Shown piece after piece: positions 46,737-57,055 of a stretch of DNA of 64,000 nt (its first letter is position 1; every line of letters begins with the position of its first letter). The stretch is taken from NCBI GenBank assembly GCA_031288555.1, contig JAITRE010000029.1, positions 3,621 to 67,620 on the forward strand, in the 5' to 3' direction. A program made the translations under genes and the position numbers. The DNA comes from Oscillospiraceae bacterium. Its GTDB lineage: Bacteria; Bacillota; Clostridia; Oscillospirales; Acutalibacteraceae. Under the pieces are notes generated by a model. That model was not told where the DNA came from, did no database searches, and was given only the letters and a program-made list of their open reading frames with translations.

Positions 46737-49307
46737 TTATTTTTCACTTTTATGTTCATCATTTTCTGCGTTCTCTTCTTCGCTATTTTCATTGTTATCT
46801 TCTTCTTCATAATTTTCTTTACTTTCGAAAAAAAACTCTTCATTTTCATCTACATCACAAATTATTGTACTGTTTTTATCAAAATCTTTTTGTAACATAA
46901 ATTCAGAAAGCTTATCTTCAATATTGTAACTTATAGCTCTTCTTAAAGGACGAGCACCATATAATGGATCAAAACCTTTTTCTGAAATTTTTTCTAAGGT
47001 TTCTTCTGTAAAAACTATTTTCGATCCCAAAGCTTCAACGCGGTTTTCAAGGTCTATAAGCATTCTAATTGCTATTTCTTTAACATCTTCTTGGGAAAGT
47101 TTATCAAAAACAATTATATCGTCCACTCTGTTTAAAAATTCTGGACGAAATGACTTTTTAAGCTCTGACAACACTGTTTCTTTAAGATGTTTTTTGTCTT
47201 CTTTATATTCAAAATTTTCAAAACCCAATCTTTGTTTTTCCGTTATTAACCTCGCTCCAACATTTGATGTCATTATTATTATAGTGTTTCTAAAGTCTAC
47301 TTTTCGGCCTTGAGAGTCTGTAAGGTGCCCATCGTCTAAAATTTGAAGCATCATGTTAAATAAATCAGGATGAGCTTTTTCTATTTCGTCAAAAAGAACA
47401 ACAGAATATGGCTTTCTTCTAACTTTCTCTGTTAATTGCCCAGCGTCGTCGTAACCAACATAACCTGGAGGTGATCCTATAAGCTTTGACACAGCGTGAG
47501 TTTCCATAAATTCAGACATATCAAAACGCACAATTGAATTTTCATCTCCAAACAAAACATCTGCCAGAGCTTTGCAAAGCTCTGTTTTTCCTGTGCCTGT
47601 TGGACCTAAAAATATAAAAGATCCTGCTGGCCTTTTAGGGTCTTTAAGGCCCAAACGACCCCTTCTTATAGCTCTTGAAACACTACTCACCGCTTCATCT
47701 TGGCCTATTATTCTTTCGTGCAAAACATCTTCCATTTTAAGAAGTCTTTCGCTTTCTTCTTCTGTTAACTGTTTAACTGGAACTCCTGTCCAACTAGAAA
47801 CTATGTGAGCAATATCCTCCGATAAAACTTCTTCCCCGTTGCTTTCTTTGCAATCTTTCCAAAGCTTTTTTCTTTCTTCCAATTTTACTTTTTTTGTTTT
47901 TTCTTCGTCTCGAATTTTAGCTGCACGTTCAAAATCTTGAGCATTTATTGCGGCAGATTTTTCAGCATCCAACTGTTTTATATCATTTTCAAGATCCTTC
48001 AAATAATCAGGAGCCGTATAAGATCGAAGCTTTACCATAGAAGCAGCTTCATCTATAAGATCGATAGCTTTATCCGGAAGATATCTATCTGGTATATATC
48101 GAGAAGAAAAGGCAACCGCAGCTTCTAACGCTTCATCTGTAATTTTTATTTTATGGTGAGCCTCATACCGATCTCTTAAGCCTTTTAAAATTTTAACAGC
48201 TTCTTCTTTCGTAGGTTCTCCAACAGTAACAGGTTGAAATCTTCTTTCAAGCGCTGCGTCTTTTTCTATATGTTTTCGATACTCACTGATAGTTGTTGCC
48301 CCCACAACTTGAAAATCGCCGCGCGCCAAGCTTGGTTTTAAAATATTAGCAGCGTCAGCTGAACCTTCAGCAGCCCCAGCGCCAACAATTGTGTGCAATT
48401 CGTCTATAAACAAAATCACATTGCCTGCTTTTTTAACTTCATTTATAATGTTTTTTACTCTGTCTTCAAAATCTCCACGATATTTAGTACCGGCTATCAT
48501 TCCTGGCAAATCAACAGTGACCACACGCTTTCCTTTCAAAAGTTCTGGAACATCTCCTGAAATTATTTTTATAGCAAGGCCTTCAACTACCGCTGTTTTT
48601 CCAACACCAGGTTCTCCTATTAAACAAGGGTTATTCTTAGTTCTTCTTGATAAAATTTGAATAACTCTTTCAATTTCTTTTTTACGGCCAATGACAGGAT
48701 CGACCGACCCAGATCTTGCAAAAGAAGTAAGGTCTCTTCCAAATTGATCAAGTGTTTTAGTGTTAGAATTTTTTTCTCTTCTGTTACTTTGATTGTTTTG
48801 TATAGAAAAAGGAGGGCCTTCGCTGTAAATTTCTAAAGAAAACGATGCCGACATTTCTTCAGCTTCGCCAATTGTTCTGCTTATTTTTTCTAAAATAGTT
48901 CTAAAATCGGCACCTAATTCTTTTAAAAACCTAACAGCATAACTATCTGTTTCTCCAATTAGAGCCAACAAAATATGTTCGGTGCCCACATAATTGTGAG
49001 AAAGCTTCGACGCTTGAACAACTGAAATTTGTAAAATACGTTTTGTTCTTGGGGTAAAGTCATCCATATTAAGACTTGTTTTAATATCACCAAATCCTAT
49101 ATCTCTTTTCATAAGAGTAATTATTTTATCTGCAGTAACGCTTAAACTATTTAAAACCACGCACGCAACACCGCTGCCTTCTTTTAACAAGCCAAGCAAA
49201 ACATGTTCGCTTCCTACATAAGTATGACCCATGCTTTCTGCACTACTAACAGCGAGATTTAAAGCGGTGTTTGCTTTTTGTGTAAATCCATTAAAACGAT
49301 ACATCAC
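46737..49307 (-). CDS. clpC: ATP-dependent Clp protease ATP-binding subunit ClpC
   Basis: Double Clp_N repeats and two AAA+ modules (GEPGVGKTA; GPTGTGKTE). It carries an unusually acidic C-terminal tail (EEDNNENSEEENAENDEH). Confidence 0.93.
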   Translation of the reverse strand: MMYRFNGFTQKANTALNLAVSSAESMGHTYVGSEHVLLGLLKEGSGVACVVLNSLSVTADKIITLMKRDIGFGDIKTSLNMDDFTPRTKRILQISVVQASKLSHNYVGTEHILLALIGETDSYAVRFLKELGADFRTILEKISRTIGEAEEMSASFSLEIYSEGPPFSIQNNQSNRREKNSNTKTLDQFGRDLTSFARSGSVDPVIGRKKEIERVIQILSRRTKNNPCLIGEPGVGKTAVVEGLAIKIISGDVPELLKGKRVVTVDLPGMIAGTKYRGDFEDRVKNIINEVKKAGNVILFIDELHTIVGAGAAEGSADAANILKPSLARGDFQVVGATTISEYRKHIEKDAALERRFQPVTVGEPTKEEAVKILKGLRDRYEAHHKIKITDEALEAAVAFSSRYIPDRYLPDKAIDLIDEAASMVKLRSYTAPDYLKDLENDIKQLDAEKSAAINAQDFERAAKIRDEEKTKKVKLEERKKLWKDCKESNGEEVLSEDIAHIVSSWTGVPVKQLTEEESERLLKMEDVLHERIIGQDEAVSSVSRAIRRGRLGLKDPKRPAGSFIFLGPTGTGKTELCKALADVLFGDENSIVRFDMSEFMETHAVSKLIGSPPGYVGYDDAGQLTEKVRRKPYSVVLFDEIEKAHPDLFNMMLQILDDGHLTDSQGRKVDFRNTIIIMTSNVGARLITEKQRLGFENFEYKEDKKHLKETVLSELKKSFRPEFLNRVDDIIVFDKLSQEDVKEIAIRMLIDLENRVEALGSKIVFTEETLEKISEKGFDPLYGARPLRRAISYNIEDKLSEFMLQKDFDKNSTIICDVDENEEFFFESKENYEEEDNNENSEEENAENDEHKSEK

Positions 49308-49321
49308 TTTTTCTCCTTTTT

Positions 49322-49678
49322 TTAAAATAGATCATTTTTTAAACCAGGAGGCCAAGCTAAAGCGCGTCCTCCCAAAAGATGAAAATGTAAATGAAAAACA
49401 GCCTGACCTGCACCTTTTCCACAGTTGCTAACAATTCTGTAACCGTTTCTGCAATTAAGCTTTTTTGCTATATCTTTAATTTTTAAAAACATATGTCCAA
49501 TAATTTTTTCTTCGTTTTCTCGAAGCTTGTCTACTGAAACAATGTGTTTTTTAGGAATTACCAATGCGTGAATAGGAGCTTGAGGATTGCTGTCTTTAAA
49601 AGACAAAATTTCATCATCTTCATAAATATTATCTGAAGAAATTTGCTTTTCTACAATTTTACAAAAAACACAATCCAC
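49322..49678 (-). CDS. HIT family (Hint-like) nucleotide hydrolase
   Basis: Histidine triad HLHFHLLGG, and CVFCKI near the N-terminus. Confidence 0.88.
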   Translation of the reverse strand: MDCVFCKIVEKQISSDNIYEDDEILSFKDSNPQAPIHALVIPKKHIVSVDKLRENEEKIIGHMFLKIKDIAKKLNCRNGYRIVSNCGKGAGQAVFHLHFHLLGGRALAWPPGLKNDLF

Positions 49679-49747
49679 AAAAACACCTCTTTTGTAATTT
49701 TATTTTAAAGATTAATTTAAAGTTATACCAAAAACGCTAAATTTATT

Positions 49748-50746
49748 TTATGAACAAAAAGTACAAACAGCATCTGATATTTTTCTTATAACATCTGTTT
49801 TAGCATAAGAAATAGCTAAATTTATTGCACTTTTAAACGATTTAGCCGCTGAATTTCCATGAATTTTAAAGATAGGTTTAGATACACCAAGAATCGGAGC
49901 TCCTCCATGTTCTTCTTGACTAATTTCTTTTTTAAATTTTTGAAAATCAGAAAAGAGAAGAGAGGAAGCAAATTTATTTTTAAAATCTTTGTTAAAAATA
50001 TCTTTTGTTTTTTTCATAAAAGTAGAAGCAAGACCTTCATAAAGTTTTAAAACTACATTTCCTGTGAATCCGTCTGTCACAACAACGTCAGCACCACTTT
50101 TTGAAAGTTCTCTTGCTTCAATATTTCCTATAAAATTAAGAGAACTTGATTTTAAAGTTTTAAAAGCTTCTACATGCAAAGATCTACCCTTACATTCTTC
50201 AACCCCTATATTCAAAAGCGCAACACGCGGATCTTTAATTTTCATGACATTTTTCATATAAACAGACCCCATAACACCAAATTGCACAATCATAGAAGGG
50301 GTACATTCTATGTTGGCTCCTCCATCTATCAATAAAAAAGGAGTTTTGTAAGCAGGAACAATTGGCGCAAACGCACATCTTTTTACGCCTTTTATTCTTT
50401 TAACTATAAACGTGGAACCAACAATTAATGCGCCGCTATTTCCTGCAGATAAAAAAATATCCGCTTCACCTTTTGCCAAAAGTTCTAAACCTTTTGCCAT
50501 TGAACTTTGTCTTTTAGATCTCATAATCTCTTGAGGTGCATCTTCCATGCTTATTTCATCTAAGGCATGAAAAATTTCTAATTTGTTTAGATTTATATTA
50601 TTTTTTTTAGCAGAAGAAAAAATTTTTTCTTTATCTCCAACAACAATAATTTTTTCATTAAAATCTTCACAAACCGCCATTTGACAACCTTTTAAAACTT
50701 CTGATGGGGCATTGTCTCCTCCAAAGGCATCTATTGCAATTCTCAT
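49748..50746 (-). CDS. plsX: Phosphate acyltransferase PlsX
   Basis: MRIAIDAFGGDNAP start, GNSGAL and DGFTGNVVLK motifs. Confidence 0.95.
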   Translation of the reverse strand: MRIAIDAFGGDNAPSEVLKGCQMAVCEDFNEKIIVVGDKEKIFSSAKKNNINLNKLEIFHALDEISMEDAPQEIMRSKRQSSMAKGLELLAKGEADIFLSAGNSGALIVGSTFIVKRIKGVKRCAFAPIVPAYKTPFLLIDGGANIECTPSMIVQFGVMGSVYMKNVMKIKDPRVALLNIGVEECKGRSLHVEAFKTLKSSSLNFIGNIEARELSKSGADVVVTDGFTGNVVLKLYEGLASTFMKKTKDIFNKDFKNKFASSLLFSDFQKFKKEISQEEHGGAPILGVSKPIFKIHGNSAAKSFKSAINLAISYAKTDVIRKISDAVCTFCS

Positions 50747-50942
50747 CTAAACCCCCAAGTCATTCCAAAAAAATTTAATAGAACAACAAAATAGCTTTTT
50801 AATAACATTCTAATTGCTAGAATATCACTTTTAACCATTTTAATCAATCTACACAATTTAAATTTCTACGTCTTTTCATAGTTATGTAGTGCAATATATG
50901 CTTTTTTAAATTTTAAAAAAATTATATACACTTTTTGTAAAG

Positions 50943-51209
50943 TTAAGTGTTAAAAAGAATGTTCATAATTAAAAGCATAGTGACTCCAGGGATACCTAAA
51001 ACCATAGTTATACCTATCGACAACAAACTGACGGGTAACCAAGCGTTAGTTAAAAAACTTACAGCATTTACAAATATTAAAGTCAAAATACCCCAAAATG
51101 AGCTTATAATAGCTTTTCTTATTGGTTTTTCTGATTTGATAGCAATTTGCACAAATATCAAAGATGAAAAAACAGAAAAAATTAAAAAATACGCTGCTGT
51201 ATTAGACAT
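50943..51209 (-). CDS. bofA: Pro-sigmaK processing inhibitor BofA
   Basis: 88-aa two-TM protein with C-terminal ...VLGIPGVTMLLIMNILF, matching the BofA GILGIPG motif. It follows a YaaL-like gene, as in Bacillus. Confidence 0.72.
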   Translation of the reverse strand: MSNTAAYFLIFSVFSSLIFVQIAIKSEKPIRKAIISSFWGILTLIFVNAVSFLTNAWLPVSLLSIGITMVLGIPGVTMLLIMNILFNT

Positions 51210-51280
51210 TTCTACCTCTCTTTGATAACGCCTTTAGTTTTAAAATCTTAAATCTAAAAAATTATATTAAAACTTATAAA

Positions 51281-51574
51281 TTATTTTGTTTGAACATATT
51301 TTTTATTTTTTGCAAATTTCTTTGATGATTTAGTTTTTAAAACTTTAGTTTTCATTAACAAAAATTTATTTTTTGCTTCTAAAGATTTAAGTTTGTAAAT
51401 GCAAGCATCTATTAAATCATTATTAGTTTCAAAATTAAACCAATTTTCTGTACAAAAAATTTCATCTTTAGTTCTTTTTACTTCATTTAATAAACCTCTA
51501 CTTTTATTTTTAGCTTTTGTATTATTTATTTTTTTTTTCTTAAAATTCAATAAATTAAACTTTTTAAAATTCAT
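51281..51574 (-). CDS. DUF2508 (YaaL-like) protein
   Basis: ...DACIYKLKSLEAKNKFLLMKTK resembles the YaaL ELKLAEAKYFFLL region, and the gene shows synteny with bofA. Confidence 0.55.
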   Translation of the reverse strand: MNFKKFNLLNFKKKKINNTKAKNKSRGLLNEVKRTKDEIFCTENWFNFETNNDLIDACIYKLKSLEAKNKFLLMKTKVLKTKSSKKFAKNKKYVQTK

Positions 51575-51884
51575 ATACCTTCCTTTTCGAAAAATCTATA
51601 AATTTATTTAATAAAATTTTCTACTTTTGAACTTTATGGATCTTTCTAAAAAAATATGACTTAAATTTAAAAATTTAAATCATACAAAAATAAAAATAAT
51701 ATAAAATTTTAAAACTTTTTTAATTTTTAATTTGAGTTAATAAAAGCTTTTAAAGTAAATTTAAATTAATTTTTAAAATATTAAAAGTTAGACTAAAATA
51801 AAAAACACTTTTAAAAGTTTCTGCCTTTTAAAATTAAGTCGTGGCTTTAATTTTAAATTTTTTTAAAAAACATGTAGTTTAAAA

Positions 51885-53054
51885 TCATTTAATTTCTTTA
51901 ATTTCTATATTTTTGCTCAAAGTGTCTGATATTAATTGTGTTGAGTCTATATTGTTTTCGTCTAACAAAACCTTATTAAGATCGGGGCGAGTATTTGGGT
52001 GTTTGGGCGTAAAAACAGTGCAGCAATCTTGAAACGGTTCTATTGATATATCAAACGTTTCTATTTTTTTAGCAATGTTTATAATTTCGTCTTTATCCAT
52101 CCCTATAAGAGGCCTTAAAACCAAAGTATTTACAGCGGCGTTTGTGCAAATAATAGAATCGATGGTTTGACTTGCAACTTGAGCAAGGCTTTCTCCAGTT
52201 ACTAATGACTTTGAATTTTCTGTTTTTGCTATATTTTCTGAAATTTTCATCATCATACGTCTGTTTATTATAGTGTGCAATTCTTTTCGGCATTTTCTAC
52301 AAATTTCTTCTTGTATTTTTGTAAATCCAACTATAAACAATTTAATGTTTCCACAATATTGAGACAATTTTTCAACCAATCTAACAACTTTATCTTCGGA
52401 TCTTTTATTTGTGTAAGGAGGACTTGCAAAATGAACAGCATTTATAGATGACCCTCGCTTTGCCATCATCCAAATAGCAACAGGACTATCAATTCCTCCC
52501 GAAATTAAAGCTGTAGATTTTGAGCTTGTTCCAACAGGCATACCTTTAGATCCGCTTATTGTTTTGCTGTATAAAAAAGCATAATTTTTACGCACTTCTA
52601 TGTTTACAATCAACTCAGGGTTACAAAGATCTACACGTAGATTTTTATAGTTTTCAAGAACAATGCTTCCTAGAATTTGAGAGATTTGACAAGATGTAAA
52701 TTCAAAATTCTTGTCAGATCTTTTAGATGCTATTTTAAAGCTTTTGGAATTTGATAAATCGTCCTTAAAAAAATTTATTAAAACATCTGAAATATCTTTT
52801 ATATTTTTTTGTGCAACAAATGCTTGGCAAAGCACAGAAATACCAAAGACTTTTTTAATTTTCTCTAAAACATAATCAAAATCAATATTATCTTTTTGAG
52901 GAAATAAACAAATTGTTGATTCTGAGTTTTTAAGCTCAAACTCACCTTTTTTCAGTTTTTTTCTAATGTTGTTAATTAATGATTTTTCAAAAGCTGGACG
53001 ATTTAAACCTTTCAAAAATATTTCTCCAACTTTTATAAGTATTACCTTTTTCAT
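51885..53054 (-). CDS. thiI: tRNA 4-thiouridine synthase ThiI (no rhodanese domain)
   Basis: N-terminal ferredoxin-like/THUMP region and PP-loop SGGIDSPVA. Confidence 0.9.
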   Translation of the reverse strand: MKKVILIKVGEIFLKGLNRPAFEKSLINNIRKKLKKGEFELKNSESTICLFPQKDNIDFDYVLEKIKKVFGISVLCQAFVAQKNIKDISDVLINFFKDDLSNSKSFKIASKRSDKNFEFTSCQISQILGSIVLENYKNLRVDLCNPELIVNIEVRKNYAFLYSKTISGSKGMPVGTSSKSTALISGGIDSPVAIWMMAKRGSSINAVHFASPPYTNKRSEDKVVRLVEKLSQYCGNIKLFIVGFTKIQEEICRKCRKELHTIINRRMMMKISENIAKTENSKSLVTGESLAQVASQTIDSIICTNAAVNTLVLRPLIGMDKDEIINIAKKIETFDISIEPFQDCCTVFTPKHPNTRPDLNKVLLDENNIDSTQLISDTLSKNIEIKEIK

Positions 53055-53159
53055 ATTTTAAACTCCGTATTATAAATTTAATTGGTATTTAAAAAGCAAT
53101 TTAGAACGCAAGTTTTTAAAATTTTAAAACTTACTTTTTTAAGAAAATTAAAAATTAAT

Positions 53160-54311
53160 CTAAATGCTAGTATTTTTATTTTTTAAAGCTTCTAAAGCGT
53201 TGTCGATTACTTTCAAAAAATATAAAACCTCTTCTTTTGTGTTGTTCTTTGAAAAGCTTATTCGAATTGAACTGCTTATTCGATCGCTCGGTAATCCCAT
53301 GGCTTTTAACACATGGCTTTTTTTATTTTTTGAACATGCGGAGGCGCTTGAGACAAAAATATTTCTTAAAGATAAAAAATTAAGCAAAATTTCGCTTTTA
53401 ATACCTAAAAAAGATATATTCAGTATATATGGAAAAAAGTCAGAACTACCATTTATTTTAACATTTTGAAAATTTTTAAAAGAATTTTTACACATTTTAA
53501 AAAGTTCAGAAACTTTCAAGAAGTTTTTATCAAAATTTTTTGATTCTTCTACAGCTTTAGCAAAACCAGATATCAAACTAACACTTTCTGTGCCTGGACG
53601 AATCTTTCTTTCTTGATCACCACCAAAAATCAAAGGGTGTATTTTAATCTTATTAGAACAAAAAAGAGCCCCTATTCCTTGAGGGCCATGCATTTTGTGG
53701 GCACTTACAGTAAGTAAATCACATTTTAATTTAGAGATTTTAGTTTCAATTTTACAAAAAGATTGGACAGCATCTATGTGAAAAATTGCATCACTTGATT
53801 TTTGTTTTATTATATTTTTTATTTTTTCAACAGGAAAACAAACGCCAGTTTCGTTATTAGCCGCCATTATACTGACAAATATAGTGTTACTATCTACAGC
53901 ATTAAATATCTGTTCTTCATGGATTTTTCCATTTTTATCGGGTTTTAAATATACAACTTCAAAACCTTTGCTTTCAAGCTCCTTACATGTTTTAAGAACA
54001 GAAAAATGCTCACAAGAGCTTGTAACAATTTTATTGCCTTTATGCTTTTTTGCATAAACACTGCCTAAAATAGCGATATTATTGCTTTCAGTGCCGCCGG
54101 ATGTAAAATAAATTTCGTTTGATTCACATTTTAAAACATCGGCAATTTTTTTTCTTGATTGCGCCACAATTTTAGCACTTTCATATCCTTTTGTGTGCAT
54201 CGAAGAAGGGTTTGCAAAATTTGAAGAAAGAGTTTTGTAAACTTCTAAAGATACTGTATCTGAAGGTTTTGTACTAGCACTGTTGTCAAAATATATTTCC
54301 TTAAAATTCAT
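53160..54311 (-). CDS. Cysteine desulfurase (NifS/NifZ/IscS class)
   Basis: FTSGGTESNN, PLP lysine SAHKMHGPQG, catalytic SSASACS. It is paired with thiI as in the Bacillus nifZ-thiI pair. Confidence 0.9.
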   Translation of the reverse strand: MNFKEIYFDNSASTKPSDTVSLEVYKTLSSNFANPSSMHTKGYESAKIVAQSRKKIADVLKCESNEIYFTSGGTESNNIAILGSVYAKKHKGNKIVTSSCEHFSVLKTCKELESKGFEVVYLKPDKNGKIHEEQIFNAVDSNTIFVSIMAANNETGVCFPVEKIKNIIKQKSSDAIFHIDAVQSFCKIETKISKLKCDLLTVSAHKMHGPQGIGALFCSNKIKIHPLIFGGDQERKIRPGTESVSLISGFAKAVEESKNFDKNFLKVSELFKMCKNSFKNFQNVKINGSSDFFPYILNISFLGIKSEILLNFLSLRNIFVSSASACSKNKKSHVLKAMGLPSDRISSSIRISFSKNNTKEEVLYFLKVIDNALEALKNKNTSI

Positions 54312-54515
54312 GTTTAATCCTTAAAATTTTAAATTTACATTCTTTATTTAACAATTTATAAAAATGACCTTTGCGCATAATTCATAATATTTTAATATTA
54401 AATTATCAAAAATTTTTATTAATGACAATGTGATTTTTAAAGTATTTTATTAAGGTGCTCTTTGAAAAATTCTTACATGTTTTTAAAATTTAAAACCTTG
54501 AAAGTATCATAAAAT

Positions 54516-54592
54516 TGGTGGACACAAAGGGAATTGAACCCCTGACCCCTCGTATGTGAAACGAGTGCTCTAACCATCTGAGCTATGCGTCC
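54516..54592 (-). tRNA. tRNA-Val (anticodon CAC), CCA encoded
   Basis: Reverse complement GGACGCATAGCTCAGATGGTTAGAGCACTCGTTTCACATACGAG...TGTGTCCACCA. The anticodon loop is TTCACAT. Confidence 0.78.
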
Positions 54593-54646
54593 AATTAAAC
54601 ACACTCCCCTCGACATAATAATCGAAGGGAGAACGTTAATCTTAAA

Positions 54647-54721
54647 TGGTGACCCGGACGAGATTCGAACTCGTACTACCGCCGTGAAAGGGCGGTGTCT
54701 TAACCCTTTGACCACCGGGCC
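54647..54721 (-). tRNA. tRNA-Glu (UUC), CCA encoded
   Basis: Reverse complement GGCCCGGTGGTCAAAGGGTTAAGACACCGCCCTTTCACGGCGG...CCGGGTCACCA. Confidence 0.9.
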
Positions 54722-54743
54722 AATTTATAAAAATCAAAGTACT

Positions 54744-54820
54744 TGGTAGCGGTAGATGGACTCGAACCATCGACTTTTCGGATATGAACCGAATGCTCTG
54801 ACCAACTGAGCTATACCGCC
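54744..54820 (-). tRNA. tRNA-Met (CAU; elongator-like acceptor stem), CCA encoded
   Basis: Reverse complement GGCGGTATAGCTCAGTTGGTCAGAGCATTCGGTTCATATCCGAA...ACCGCTACCA. It lacks the 3 G-C anticodon-stem pairs of initiator tRNA. An Ile2 (lysidine) identity is not excluded. Confidence 0.8.
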
Positions 54821-55360
54821 AAATCCCCTCTACCGTTTCTATAATTTGCAGACTTGATTTTTAATAATTAATACTTTAATTTTAAATAAGCTAAAAATGT
54901 TTAAGGAAAATTATTTTTAAAATAGTCATGTTTAATTGTATTATAAAAAGACTTAATTTGTCAACATTGAAAAAACAATATGTTTAAAATTTTAAAAGTG
55001 AAGATTAAAAAATAAAAATTATTTTCGTAAACAATTTTTATTTAAAATTAAATTTCCTTTGACGTAACGTTTTAGCGTACAATTAATTAAAAATTAATAA
55101 ATCAAAGCATTAGATTTAAACGAAAGTGAGGTGTTTTTTAAAATTTTTTTTAAAACTTCTAGCGTTTAAATTATTTTATTGTGCTAAAATAATCTTCTAT
55201 ACGTTTTTTAAAAATCTAAAAGATCTAATAATTTAAAGAGCTAATTATAAAACTAAATTGCTTGAAATTATGAATAAATAATATAAAAACTATTTTAAAC
55301 ACATTAAAATATGTAAAATTAAACAAATATCTACTTTCAAATTAATAAAAAAATATATGT

Positions 55361-55389
55361 TTGACAAAACAACGATATTACGATAAAAT
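55361..55389 (+). promoter_or_regulatory. Near-consensus sigmaA promoter, ~375 nt upstream of metK
   Basis: TTGACA-17 nt-TAAAAT. Confidence 0.4.
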
Positions 55390-55764
55390 ATGACTGTAAA
55401 AAATGCGATAGAGTTTAATTAAGTGTTATTACATATTGTGTGTTTAACAACGATACAATAAATTGAACAGAGTTTCGCTAATTTTCTTCAATAAATTTAT
55501 TATTTAATAAGTAAGTTTTTAAAAATAGTTTTTATTAAATATTTCTTTTTACAAAAACAGTGATTTATCATTTAATTTGCAGATTTAGAAATTTAAAAAT
55601 ATGCATTAATTTTAAATGTAGGGTTAATGAAGAATTTTTTTGTTTTTATTATTAAGTTTAAACGTAATTTATATTAAAAATGTATTACACAAAAAATGAA
55701 GAACGTACAGGAAACTGACAAAAGCGGCCGGTGTTTTTAAAGTCCAAAGGTACATTAAAACTAT

Positions 55765-56976
55765 ATGAAGAGAAAAACTAAAAAAATTACCTTTTTTACA
55801 TCAGAATCGGTTACAGAGGGACACCCAGACAAAGTGTGCGATCAAATCGCGGATGCTATTCTTGATGCCATAATTAAAAAAGATCCTGAAGAGTCTAGAG
55901 TTGCGTGTGAAGTGGCAATTACAAAAGAATTAATACACGTTATGGGAGAAATTTCAACAAAAGCATCTTTAGACATAGCAAAAATTGCTAAGGGTGTCGT
56001 GTGCTCAGTAGGATACACACATTCTGTTACAGGTTTTGATGGCAATAATTGTAGCGTGATTTTGTCTGTTAACCCTCAATCTGAAGATATAGCGATTGGC
56101 GTTAATCATTCTTTTGAAGAAAGACTGGGTTTTAAAGGTAGTTTTAACAAATTAGGAGCGTCAGATCAAGGAACGGTGTTTGGATTTGCTTGTAATGAAT
56201 CCCCTAATTTAATGCCTTTACCTATCTTTTTTGCCAATAGGCTTGCTTTCTACATTGATAACTGCAGAAAAAATAAAAAAATAGATTATTTAATGCCGGA
56301 TGGAAAAGCTCAAGTTACTGTTGAGTATGAAAATTCTCTTCCAAAAAGAGTAGAAACTATAGCTATTTCTGTGCAACACATGGAAGGTGTTCCGATAGAC
56401 CAAATTCGAGAAGATATTACAAAGCATGTAATTTTACCTGCGATTAATAGAAAATTTTTAAACAGTGAAACGCAAATATTAATAAATCCTACAGGAAGAT
56501 TTGTTATAGGAGGTCCACTGGGTGATACAGGGTTAACCGGTAGAAAAATAATGGTAGATACATATGGAGGTTATTCAAAACATGGTGGAGGGTCACTTTC
56601 AGGCAAAGATCCTACAAAAGTAGATCGTTCTGGTTCTTACGTTGCAAGATATATAGCAAAAAATATAGTTGCTGCAAAGATAGCGGAAAAATGCGAAGTG
56701 CAAATTTCGTATGTTATTGGTTTAGCAAACCCTATTTCATTTACCATTAATGCTTTTGGCACATCACGTTATTCTAATAGAAAAATTTTAAATGCCGTTA
56801 AAAAGATTTTTGATGTTCGCCCTTATGCAATTATAAAACAGCTAGATCTTCGCAAACCTATATATAGAAATTTAGCTAAATATGGTCAAATAGGCCGGCA
56901 ATCTTTAGGTGTTAAATGGGAAAGAACAAATAAAATAAAAAGTTTATTAAATGCAATAAACAATTTTAAAAATTAA
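55765..56976 (+). CDS. metK: S-adenosylmethionine synthase
   Basis: FTSESVTEGHPDKVCDQIADAILD, GASDQG and GGGSLSGKDPTKVDRSG motifs. Confidence 0.96.
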   Translation: MKRKTKKITFFTSESVTEGHPDKVCDQIADAILDAIIKKDPEESRVACEVAITKELIHVMGEISTKASLDIAKIAKGVVCSVGYTHSVTGFDGNNCSVILSVNPQSEDIAIGVNHSFEERLGFKGSFNKLGASDQGTVFGFACNESPNLMPLPIFFANRLAFYIDNCRKNKKIDYLMPDGKAQVTVEYENSLPKRVETIAISVQHMEGVPIDQIREDITKHVILPAINRKFLNSETQILINPTGRFVIGGPLGDTGLTGRKIMVDTYGGYSKHGGGSLSGKDPTKVDRSGSYVARYIAKNIVAAKIAEKCEVQISYVIGLANPISFTINAFGTSRYSNRKILNAVKKIFDVRPYAIIKQLDLRKPIYRNLAKYGQIGRQSLGVKWERTNKIKSLLNAINNFKN

Positions 56977-57055
56977 AAGACATATTAGCTTTTAAAAATA
57001 AGTTTGCTGATTTTGTAAATTTGCAAGTAGATATTAAAAGCAATGTAGTTTTATT

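Noticed and set aside
54473-54715. 80-aa minus-strand ORF
   Set aside because: It reads straight through tRNA-Val and tRNA-Glu.
55400-55764. S-box (SAM-I) or S(MK) riboswitch upstream of metK
   Set aside because: None of the conserved core strings is present. This is reported only as an absence, or as a possible unknown leader.
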